From assembly GCA_965637545.1 (NCBI GenBank), contig OZ281494.1, positions 6,324,001 through 6,388,000 on the forward strand: DNA of 64,000 nt. The letters run 5' to 3'. Each line of letters starts with the position of its first letter. Position 1 is the first letter of the stretch. Under the pieces are notes generated by a model. It made no database searches. It saw only the letters and a program-made list of their open reading frames with translations, and was not told the DNA's origin. The stretch is from Phallusia mammillata. Its lineage: Eukaryota. The position numbers and the translations under genes were made by a program. Positions 29,516 through 40,304 of the stretch are shown here, piece by piece.

Positions 29516-31318
29516 TTATTCTTCTTCTTGTCCGTGGGTGATGATGTAACAGAGTGACTTGTAGTCCAAGTTTCCGGCGACATCGACTGGGGCGATTTCA
29601 AGCATTTGGTTAACCTACAAATAGAATTGTGGGAATTTAATCATTGAAGTCTTGAATAATGCTAGATCAGGGTGGGCAAACATTTTTCAGTGCAAGGGCC
29701 GCATTCAAAAGTTCTTGATCTTATAGGCCGCATAGTATTTCACCAACGGCCGCCATTTGCTTGCTTGTTTTTTCTTTCAAAATAACTGTTGTAAAGAATA
29801 AGGTTTATATCGTATATATACCATTCAAAGCCACCTAAAATGCTCAGATTAATAATTTCTAACTTGGTGCATAAGTTTAACTAAACGAAGCTTTCTGTTT
29901 ATGACGTCATACGTGAATCGCTTTTACTTTTATCGAACGAAGAAATTGTGTCAAGTTACGATATGCATAATAACGTGGTAGAAACAACAGGTTCCTAAGG
30001 ATGGTACGGGTACAGATACTGCACATGGTATCGGCAAGTCGCACCCTCGGTATTTTTTATTATTTCTTTGAACTCTTTTACGTCTGTGCTGATGACACGA
30101 TTCAGCGTTGCTCGGTAACTTTCTAATCAAAATTTACTAACATTTGGCGGGACGCATGAACTTCTTTGCCGGGCAGCATGCGGCCCGCGGGCCGTAGTTT
30201 GCCCAACCTGTGCTAAATGATCATCAACATAAAGTCATGTTATAGACAATTACCTCTTCTTGGTTGAATTTGTCTGCCTGGCTCATGAGGAGTTGGGTAA
30301 TGCTATAACAAAATAATGAGTTTGTTGAATTAGTGAAAAGCCCCCAAAATCTAGCAAAATTATTCTAAATAACCGCATTTCTACGCATTTAACCATATAC
30401 GCATCTTGGTTGGCTCGGAAAACAAATAACTTACAAATCTTTGTGGAGGACGCCTTTGTTTTCTGGATCAAGAAGTTTGAAAGCCTGAACAATAGTGTCT
30501 TCAGGATCAGTTCCTGGAGAAAAGACAAAGTCACAATCGTATTGATCACACTTACTGTTACAAAACTATCCCTTATCGCTAGAATTACATTTTTGTAAAT
30601 GTTACTCTACTTGCCGTGTAATTTATCAGCCAACATGTTCAAAAACACGGTGAAGTTGATTGCGGTTGGGGCTTCAAGTACCATGGCTTCGAGCTTTTCC
30701 ATTTTGATGTCGCGAACACCTGAGCACCGTTGATGTCAATAACTACCTATTTTTAAACTTGTAATATTTTTTACCCAATGAGGCGTATGTGTCTTTCAAA
30801 TCAATTTTGTCGATAAAACCGTCTCTGTTTGCATCAATCATGGAGAAAGCCTTAAACAATAAGAAAATTAATAAGAAGAGCAAAGGACTAGATTTATCAT
30901 TTACCACATATACAAGCCGCTTTGTTAAAGTTTAATATTTGCAATTTTATTCCAATGCATAAGCAAGTCGCTTCTCGGACAACTGAATTAAACAAATTGT
31001 TTTCGACAAATATGTTGCCAGTACCTCCTTGAACTCTTGGATCTGGTTTTGGTCGAACATGGAAAATACATTTGAGGTGGATTTCTGATCCTTCTTGCCT
31101 CCATTCTTCTTTGATTTCTTTCCTGGTGCCTTGAATAGAAAAACGAACAATTGAAACTAACGCCATTTTATAAACATCGAAATATTTTAAACAAATTTCG
31201 TTAAATATTTTCATTAGTTAAACAAGTTATATACTTTGCAATCCCGATACGTTTACATTTATATTCGAGTGGTATGGTTTAATGATTACAGGTTTCTGCA
31301 ATCACAGGCACTTACCAT
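29516..31318 (-). CDS. MRLC: Myosin regulatory light chain, muscle type (paralog A, 171 aa)
   Basis: Exons (-) 31316-31318 (ATG only), 31025-31129, 30775-30850, 30615-30719, 30435-30513, 30254-30302, 29516-29614. Motifs: [23 protein letters not shown]-hand [45 protein letters not shown]. Intron 4 is GC-AG. Confidence 0.96.
29668..30210. mobile_element. hAT-type MITE in MRLC-A intron 6
   Basis: Termini CAGGGTGGGCAAAC / GTTTGCCCAACCTG; TSD TGCTAGAT / TGCTAAAT. Absent from the equivalent intron of paralog B. Confidence 0.85.
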
Positions 31319-31449
31319 TTTGCTTTTCTTTTTTGTCTTTTTTGAAGATAAAAACAAAGTTAAGTGTTGCTGGTTGCTTTACTTCTTCTTTGGATGCTGT
31401 TGTAAATTGAACTGACTCGATCGAGTGTCTTCATTGACCTTCGTCTGTG

Positions 31450-31512
31450 TCTTATATACCTCAAACTTTTTTCACTTATACAAGGTGACAACAGGATCAG
31501 CTGTACAGCGCC
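31450..31512 (-). promoter_or_regulatory. MRLC-A proximal promoter: TATA box, T-box-like site, E-box
   Basis: The minus-strand TATATAA and the block AAGGTGACAACAGGATCAGCTGTACAGCG are conserved with paralog B (40245-40304) while the flanks diverge. Confidence 0.65.
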
Positions 31513-33024
31513 GACATGAAGCAATTAGTCGTCGTTCGCATTCGAATATAGGTTTTGCCACCGTCGTGCTGTATTCGAAGAATTTTACTTTCGTTTGATA
31601 ATGGCCGAATACAATTGGTATTGATACATTTAATCAGTCAAGATGAACATAAATTTATAACTGGGATCAGCCCTAAAACCTTCATGCACACCAGCGATCA
31701 CGGTACACTTATATTTAACTTAAAGTACGGCATGCCCATTGAAGGCCTATGGCATGCCTTGTTATACGAGAATGCTTGGTGACCGACTGATTCGGTATGT
31801 AGCCTTCAATGGGCCTGGTACTATGATTACTATGATTTAGTTGATAATAATATTTGAATCCACTATTTTTCAATACAAAAGCCTAAGAAAATTCATTCAA
31901 ATACAAGTTTTCCTTTAGTTTACGAAACAACAACACAGATTACTTTGGCTGTGACGTTGCGTAAATGCTGTTGTAGTAAAAAGCATAAGGCAACATCAAG
32001 TTGTTTTAAAGCGCGTCATGTTTCAGAATCAAACATTTCGTAAACTATGTGAACGAGGATTTAAATGAGTCTAGCTAATGTGTCACAAAGCTTGTTGGTT
32101 TCCTTTTATACCAATAAATTAGCATTTATCAACATAGTTGTTGTTACTCAAGTTTTATTGCGTATTCATCTTTTTACGTGTCAATGAAAATATGCTCAAT
32201 TTTTTCCATTGAAGTACTACTAAAATTGTGAGTCGTTGTTCTTTTTCCAACCCTTCATGGGTGCAAATCACTACATTCAAATTGCTAGATGTCAAAAACT
32301 GCAAAATATTCATGAATACGAGTACATATGCGGGTTTATTGAAACACAATTCAAATTGCTGGATCTTAAAAAGTACGTAACTATTCATGAATCCCAGATA
32401 ACATTTTTTGGTCGGCGTTACGTTGGTCGTACTGTTGCTTTTAATCGGCCCAACTTTGTCGGTAAAACGTTGGAGTAATGTGTTTTTGCTCATCGGCCCA
32501 CGGTTGGCTGCGAGTTGGCGTAAACCTTAGACCAACATTGGGCCAACTGGTCTTTGAAAATGAATTGTAATAACCAACGTTCCCCCAACTATCAATAGTG
32601 ATGGCCCGACGTAATTTCTCTAACTTTCGCCTTCGTAGAACCAACATTACCACACAATCTTAATTCCCTACAATGGGCCAACAAGAGCACACAACGTTCT
32701 GTTGTAACAAAAGTTTATTAAACAAACGAATCCTACTCCATCAATCCTACTGCAGTCTCTTCAGGGATCACGACAAAGACGTGTCTGTAATGAAAGGCAA
32801 AAATGTTAATACTTGTACAATGGCAACTAAAAAGTTTAATTTACTTCCATAGTTACATTGGAGTTTAATTATTTACTGAAATTAAGAGAGATTACACACT
32901 TAAATGTTTAGGTTCAAGATGGCACATGAATTCAAAACACCATTAAACAGACAGCCAAGTTTAATTCGACAAACTGTATTAGATAGTGTGTTACACTTAA
33001 ACTGGTAATGACCTGCACTTTCAT

Positions 33025-34828
33025 TCAGCTCTCTTTTCGCCCTCCACCTCTGTCTTTGGCGAAGCGCAGCCAGTCTTTTATGATGTCATCAATTTCAGCA
33101 CCTGTTGCTGTAGCTGTCCGGTGGTTTTTTCGAACAGCATCTGCAAAATAATTACTGGTAAAACTAGGTATACATTTAACCAAACAGTTTCTGTAGATTT
33201 TGGTCTGGTGTTTTTATTTGCTCAATTTTTTTCTTACTTTGAACCACTTTATGCAGCTTCAGAAGCAGAAAGGGTCACTTTGATCCTTTTCCCTTCATAT
33301 TAAATTGTTGTGCTACAGTATTCCCCAAAAGGTGGCGCATGATATTTCTGGTTGTGTTTGCCACATCTTTTCCACCAATGCCACCAAGGCAGGGGTTCTT
33401 AACCTGGGGTGCACGCACCCCCAAGGGGTGCGAGAACTGTTCCTAGGGGGTGCGGGGATGCTGAATCATTAAGGTTGGTTAGGTCTATTCTATTTAAGCA
33501 ATTACAGAAGGGGGAGCGAAAATTGGTTAGTGATTTGAAAGGGGGTGCGAAAATTGGTTGGTGATTTGAATGGGGTGCAGCAAGGAAAAAAGGTTAAGAA
33601 CCACTGCACCAAGGAATGATGTCTAAATTGGTACAAGCAACAAATAACAGAAGTGCTACTACAAAAGTAGAGTTGGATATTTATAACTTTTTCTAACATG
33701 TGCACAGCATTACGGATGATAGGACTTTAGCTTTCTTTCGACTCATCAGTAAACAATTGCAAACTCTGTTAAACTTACCAGCTGTTTTTCTGTTTTACAG
33801 TCACTTAATAGTTCTTCAACAGTGTTTAAAGTTTCCATATTGCCCAAAGGAAGTTCAATTCCTGGTGGCAGTATTACTTCTGACAGTGAATTGGCATTGG
33901 CCAATGACCGAATAAGGAATGTGTTGTTTGCAATTTGCAACTTTATTTGTTCCAAACTTGCAAGTATCTTTTTTTCAACAGCTGAAAACATGCCGAAGTA
34001 ACATTTGTAAACACTACAAACTTGTTAAAATTCTTAAGAAAATCACTTACTGGAAGGTATTGTGTAATAGGGTCTCTCAATAGTTCTCTGTGTGGAGGCA
34101 GTTTTGCTTTTGTGTCTTCTTGTCGATTCAATTGATGATGAGGATGGAGAGACCTCAATAGTGTCATCTGAGCTTACAATGTGGTGTCTCTCTGATGTAA
34201 ATACTTCATTGTTTAGCAGTTGCTCTTTTAATTGACTTTCTGTAATGGCACTGCTTGTTCTTAAAAGTGGAACAACTGGTGCCGAACGCTTTTTAGGGCG
34301 GGAACACACTTCATCTTCTGTGTCTTCATCATCATATCTGATGATTGGTCTAAATAAATAATTTAAACTGGTGACAAATATGTTGGTATCATATTTTCAA
34401 TATATGCTGCATTTACATATTGCAGTTTTACTTATAATACAAACTATGCCAACATCATCTTGCCTCTTTTTACGCTTTGCTTTTGGAGTGTGGTCTGTAT
34501 CAGTTTGGAGATCTGAAAAGTCTTCTGCCAACTTTAACTTCTCACGTGCTTTCAAATATGAATCTACACATAAACAACATTAAAATGTGTTAAATGTGAA
34601 AAAAAAACTTTTAAACAACTCACCAGTTTGGTACATTATTCTTTCAATGCCATACTTTGGCCAGGATGGAAGTGCATTAATTTGATTCTTTACAGCTTTG
34701 GTAATTTTTGTATTATCTTGATATGGAGGCCAGCGGCAGCACTGACCATCATTCTCCAACCATAATTGTGGAATTATTTCCACACTACATTCACCATCAT
34801 GTTGTGTAAATTCAACCACAGCATACAT
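33025..34828 (-). pseudogene. Second, spliced gene of the CMC element (DUF4806-like accessory protein), interrupted by a MITE
   Basis: Exon fragments MYAVVEFTQHDGECSVEIIPQLWL..CRWPP, DSYLKAREKLKLAEDFSDLQTD, LGGIGGKDVANTTRNIMRHLL..QFNMKGKGSK, DAVRKN..ATGAEIDDIIKDWLRFAKDRGGGRK. Domain assignment is from motif recognition only. Confidence 0.65.
33390..33606. mobile_element. hAT-type MITE inserted inside the CMC element
   Basis: Termini CAGGGGTTCTTAACCT / AGGTTAAGAACCACTG; TSD CACCAAGG at 33382-33389 and 33607-33614. Confidence 0.9.
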
Positions 34829-35009
34829 TTTCAGTTACTCAAAAAATCTGCAACAACAAAAAAATGAAATAAAAACACATAACTACAAGCAGCGAAAAAC
34901 TACAATGGTTCATTTTACCATTGTTCACAATGACTTACAACAAAAAGGATACCTATGTATATATTCATCACATTACTCCATAGTATTTATTTGCTTTATC
35001 CCCAACTAA

Positions 35010-36833
35010 TTACTTGTTAAAAGCAGTCAGGTGTAACAAAAAAAATAAAACCCAAAACACAATTTCAGAAATGGAAAAACAATTATCTCTTTCATGCAGT
35101 TCAACTGTGTACCGAGAAAATTGCAGTTTTTTGTATTGTAGCATATTAAAATTACATTCAGTGAGCAAAGGACCATTGCTATGTTGGTGAAGAAATTTTA
35201 CTGGCTTTTTGCTGTTAGGGGTAGTTAAACTTTGCTCAGAAAGGCGTCGTAGAACTTGTTGCAGTGGAGACTCTGGTTTACGCACCATTTTCTTTAAAAA
35301 TTGTAAATAGTTTTCAAAGGGAAATGATGAGAATGTATCAAGGGGACCGTGAATTGTAACATCTTCACTGATGTGTATTAAACTGTGTACATTATACACA
35401 ATGCTGTCAGCTCCATATAAAGCAGAATAGTGCTGAACAAAAGCTATCAGCAATTTGTCTGCATAATCGTGTAGTTTGAGATGTAATTTTGGACTTGCAA
35501 GTATTAATATTCCGACATGTAAAAGCATGAAGTTTTCGTACACATCGGGATCCAAAATATCAATTAACACAACTGGGCCAGTGTATAACAAAAACTGGCG
35601 AAATTCTGTTGCCTTCCATCTTTCAAACTCATTTAAACCTCTGGGCAAATTCACTAGGTATATACTGCCGCAAAGACAGCAACGACTCGGATATACTTTT
35701 TATATGTCGGCTACTGATTCGCAGCGGCAATGGGCCTTTTGACCATAAAAATATTAGGCGCTCCATTACACCCAAGCACACTGAATGCATATAGTCCAAA
35801 GGAAAGTTAGAGACCATTCCAATATCAAGTGACAAAAGTGGTGACCTAGACATATGATGTTCTTCATCTATAATATCTTTAAATGAAGAATCCGTTCTCA
35901 GTTCTGCATTCTGTTGAAAGGTCATTCTATGATTTATCCAAGTGCCATGATCCGTGCACTTGTCACAACCGGCATATCCATTGTGTTGCTTGACACATTT
36001 GACCAGTGACCGAGCTGGGGCATCACATATAACCGCTGACAAAATAACTCTGTACTGCATGTCGTTAAACAATAGACCGTCTTTCTGAATGGATGTCATA
36101 TCATTGATAAAATCCTCAAGATACTCACTAACCGGTTTTGGTTTTGTCAGGCCATGATAGATGCCAATAAGAAATGGTTTTTCATTTAAAAAACCCCTTA
36201 ACATTCCCAAAATTGATCATTGGTACTTTTAAAGAGTGGCAGCCCATCAATATTTATTTGCAGTCTCAAAGTGCTACCACATTCAGGCAATAATGAAACC
36301 CGTTTTAACTCTTTGCAAATACATGTACTAATGCCAAAATGGTAATACTGCCCACCAGAAATTTGTTTTGTTTCGTATGATGTACATGTTCCCAGCAGTG
36401 TGCGAGGGTCTTTAGGAAGGTCAGGATGTTTTACTCTTAAAATACTCAACAAAGAATGTAATGCACATTGGTTGATTTTGCAGGATGTTGCCCACAAAGC
36501 AATTTCAGCCTGCAGGTTGAAAATATCAGCATCATTTTTTAAACCCTGGTCTATAGAAAGCAAATCGTCATCAGAATGTTTCTCTTCGACTTGACATTGC
36601 ATGTCTGACTCAGTGTCACTTGAACTTGTACTAACATTATCTGTAAAATGGTTAGAACTACTACCACTATTTTCCAAAAGACAGTCACCATTTTGTAACT
36701 TAACAGAATCCAAAGTTCGAGGATGGGGATTTGGGGAAGCTTTATTCTGTGAAGAAACTTCCAAATAGCATTCTTGAACTTTTTGCTTAACTCTACGTCG
36801 AATTGTCCAATACGATTTTTCTCTTGGAATCAT
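35010..36833 (-). pseudogene. CMC/EnSpm transposase with two frameshifts
   Basis: Three overlapping ORFs (36198-36833, 35629-36210, 35010-35654) carry consecutive motifs LPKDPRTLL, LQINIDGLPLFKS, ICDAPARSLVKCVKQHNGYAGCDKC, PLDYMHSVCLGV, RWKATEFRQFLLY, YNVHSLIH, FSSFPFENYL. Confidence 0.9.
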
Positions 36834-37768
36834 TATAATTACAAATTAACACACTTAGTTTTTTAATGCACCAACAGTAGCACACATATCACACAGTTTA
36901 TTAGATTTTATAATGGCTGGCAGAAAGTTGCAGCCAAGATTGGGTAAATGTAATGCAAAGCTAAAATTTCGTTTTTTTACTTTTAATAAGCTGGTAGTTA
37001 TAGCGCAAATATAGTTGGCGAGAACAAACAGAAAACGTTTCTGTCAAGATTACATTAAAATATTAATTAAAAACTTCAATTTGCATGTAGTTTACATAAA
37101 TTCAACATATTTTTTTCACCAACCTTCCTCGTTGCTTTTGTCCACCGAAAGGGAAGAAAGGGCGCGAAATCGAATCACGAGACCTGCAATTCATAGAAAT
37201 CAAAAATTGTTATAACTGTTATAGTTTTTTTTTAATTAAAATAAACGTTTTTCACGGCACCAACACCAGTTTTTCACTAGTATTACTTTCTAGTAACTTT
37301 TCTACAAATTTAAGTCAAATTTTAAATCCCAAAACAAATTGTTTTGTCGTAAAACACACTGCCTCCAACAGTTTATACTTTATTGAGTAAATAATTTTTG
37401 TTTCATATATGATACACAACTACGTATATCACAATCAAGAGCAACAAAAATTTTAAGTAAAAAATGTTCAATGTATAGCGCCAACGTTGGCACACTCCAA
37501 CAGAAAACCAACGACAGAGCGCCATCGTTGGGAAAATGCTATTGAGTTTGTTTGTACGTTTCAAACTGTTCCACCACAGAAACACGGATGGATTTCTAAT
37601 TTCTTTACATGTCAATAGATTTTACGCATTTCAAGGAGGTTTTGAGTTTTAACACTAACAGTTAGCCAACGTTTGTCCAATTATATATTTAGACGATTAG
37701 CCAACGCCAACCAAAAAGATGTTGGCCAACGGTTACCCAACTAAGCCTTGCTATCTGGGATACGAATA

Positions 37769-38334
37769 CAGTCAAACTTCGATACTATGCCACCCTTTGG
37801 GACCGAGAGAAAGTGGCATAGTAGCGAGGGTGGCATAATAGCGAGGGTTGGTTGTAAAAATAGCCTTGTGACGTGACAATGTACTGTAATGCCACGTTGT
37901 GTTGTACGATTGTAATTTATTACAGTATACAGTATAAGGTGCAGTATACAGTATAATTTATAACAAAAATACGGATAGATCGTGCATAGAACAAACAGGA
38001 TCTGTTAGTTTTGTCGTGACACAAGCACGGAACGGCGTTTACATAACTCGCTTCAAAGCCGTGAAACCTCTTAACATGACCACGTTTGTTTACTCAACGA
38101 TTTGTTTTTCATGTTTTCTCTGTTTTATCATGAGCTCAAACCGAAAATTGTCAATTTTCAATCCGGAACCAGACCGTTAATACAGTAATACTGTACTCTC
38201 ATGTGTCATAGTATCAAGGGTAAGGGGTGGCATAGTAAATATATTTTCTATTGAATTTAGTTGGTGACGATCAAAAGTGGTATAGTAGCGAGGGTGGCAT
38301 AATATCAAGGTGGCATAGTATCGAAGTTTGACTG
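37769..38334. mobile_element. Tc1/mariner (pogo/Tigger-like) MITE
   Basis: Perfect 26-bp TIR CAGTCAAACTTCGATACTATGCCACC; TA duplication at 37767-37768 and 38335-38336; internal GGTGGCATA repeats. Confidence 0.9.
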
Positions 38335-38915
38335 TATATGGTTTAGTTTGTCTTTAAAAATATGAAAAAAATGTGATGTTTTTTATATTAATTATTGTTT
38401 GTGTGAAATGTCGTTTTGCTCGAATACAGCTGTTTAAAATAAAACAGGAAACAATAACAGCAACTACAATTTTTTTATACATTTTTTTTTGATTTGTTAA
38501 CCAAAACCTATATTTTACACATGCAAGCTAAGTTTAAGAACGAAATAGATACTTGTTGTAAAACTTTTAATATATTCCATGATATACATTAAACCTGACC
38601 TGACTGATATTATACATTGTACAAGCCGGCTGCGTTTTAATTTTTTTGTTGTTGACAGGAATCAAAATTCAGTAAACAGGAAACTCTTCTAAATTCTTTG
38701 AAAACTTTTTCGGAATGTGTTTCTATTTTATCATTTTTTCTCGATGAGACGACAAAATGTTTGCTGATACTGCTTGATTTATTCAAGTGAAAAACGCATC
38801 GCAATCGGTTAAACAAATACGAGCATTATAAATTAAATTGGCGGCTAGTCAAGGGTTGTAAAGCAGAATTGTTAAAAATAGGAAACTTTTTCAGTTTTTG
38901 ATGTAATCGATTCGT

Positions 38916-40133
38916 TTATTCTTCTTCTTGTCCGTGAGTAATGATGTAACAGAGTGATTTGTAGTCCAAGTTTCCGGCGACATCGACTGGGGCAATCTCG
39001 AGCATTTGGTTGACCTACAAATTAAATTGTGAGAATTTAATCACTGTAGTATTGATAAATGTAAATGATCATCAACATAAACTCATATTTAGGGTAATTA
39101 CCTCTTCTTGGTTGAATTTGTCAGCCTGGCTCATGAGGAGTTGGGTGATGCTATAAATAAAAACATTAGTTTGTTAAATAGATAAAAACCGCTTAGAATC
39201 TTAACCAAAACGAGTAATTAGTGAGACTTCTTATAAAGAGAACTGAAATAAACAAAACTTACAAATCTTTGTGGAGGACACCTTTGTTTTCTGGATCAAG
39301 AAGTTTGAAAGCCTGAACAATGGTGTCTTCAGGGTCAGTTCCTATTAAAAATACAATGTCCTAATTATGTCGATTAATGGCATCGTTACAAAACTGTCGC
39401 AGGTAACTTAGCTGGTGGTTAAAATATAGTTTGATCCCAAGAGCAAGAATTAAGTTTTTGTAAATGTTACTCTACTTGCCGTGTAATTTATCAGCCAACA
39501 TGTTCAAAAACACGGTGAAGTTGATTGCGGTTGGGGCTTCAAGTACCATGGCTTCGAGTTTTTCCATTTTGATGTCGCGAACACCTGAACACCGTTGATG
39601 TTAATAACTATCTATTTAAAACGTGTTTGAAATTGTAAGAATTTTTACCCAATGAGGCGTAAGTGTCTTTCAAGTCAATTTTGTCGATGAAACCGTCTCT
39701 GTTTGCATCAATCATGGAGAAAGCCTAAAACAAATAAGAATTGAATGAGAAAACTGCAGCAATTTACCCCATTTAGTCGCTATGTTGTAATTCAAGTTTT
39801 GCGTCACAAATGTTACACCGTTTAATCATATTTAGTATTTTTTATCTTGTTTTACCTCCTTGAATTCTTGGATCTGGTTTTGGTCGAACATGGAAAAGAC
39901 ATTTGAGGTGGATTTCTGATCCTTCTTGCCTCCGTTCTTCTTTGATTTCTTTCCTGGTGCCTTGAATAGAAAAACGAATAATTTAACGCTATTTTATAAA
40001 CGAAAAAAAATGCAGAACAAAAAGTGTGATTAAATAATTTTACTGTACAATTTTAAATAATTTTTTGTGACAATAAAAACCTTTGCTGTTTATCTTTTAA
40101 TTCCTGCTTTTTTTACTCACACGCACTTACCAT
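38916..40133 (-). CDS. MRLC: Myosin regulatory light chain, muscle type (paralog B, 171 aa)
   Basis: Exons (-) 40131-40133, 39856-39960, 39649-39724, 39480-39584, 39263-39341, 39102-39150, 38916-39014. Same exon sizes, same GC-AG intron 4 and same translation as paralog A. Confidence 0.96.
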
Positions 40134-40244
40134 TTTGTTTTTGTCTTTTGTCTTTTTTGAAGATAGAACTTCTGCGCCTGCTTTAGATGCTGCTGTAGAT
40201 TAACCTGACTCGATTGTGTGTCTTCGTTGACCTTTGTCTGTGTC

Positions 40245-40304
40245 TTATATACCTCCTACTTTTTTCACTTCCATAAGGTGACAACGGGATCAGCTGTACA
40301 GCGA
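40245..40304 (-). promoter_or_regulatory. MRLC-B proximal promoter: TATA box, T-box-like site, E-box
   Basis: CTTATATACCTC and AAGGTGACAACGGGATCAGCTGTACAGCG, matching the paralog A promoter. Confidence 0.65.

Larger units (their letters stand above)
32393..37759 (-). mobile_element. CMC/EnSpm (CACTA-superfamily) DNA transposon, full length but inactivated
   Basis: Termini CCCAGATA / TATCTGGG, 2-bp TSD AT at 32391-32392 and 37760-37761, dense subterminal CCAAC/GTTGG motifs at both ends, two minus-strand genes. Confidence 0.85.

Noticed and set aside
33731-33750. Minus-strand CTGATGAGTCGAAA hammerhead-like core
   Set aside because: Only 3 nt lie between CTGATGA and GAAA, so stem II cannot form, and the family flanks are absent.
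34444-34465. Minus-strand AGGCAAGATGATGTTGGCATAG resembles miR-31/miR-72 with a 3-nt insertion
   Set aside because: It overlaps a coding exon end and putative splice donor of the transposon gene. The only complementary segment is about 50 nt away with several bulges, unlike a pre-miRNA.
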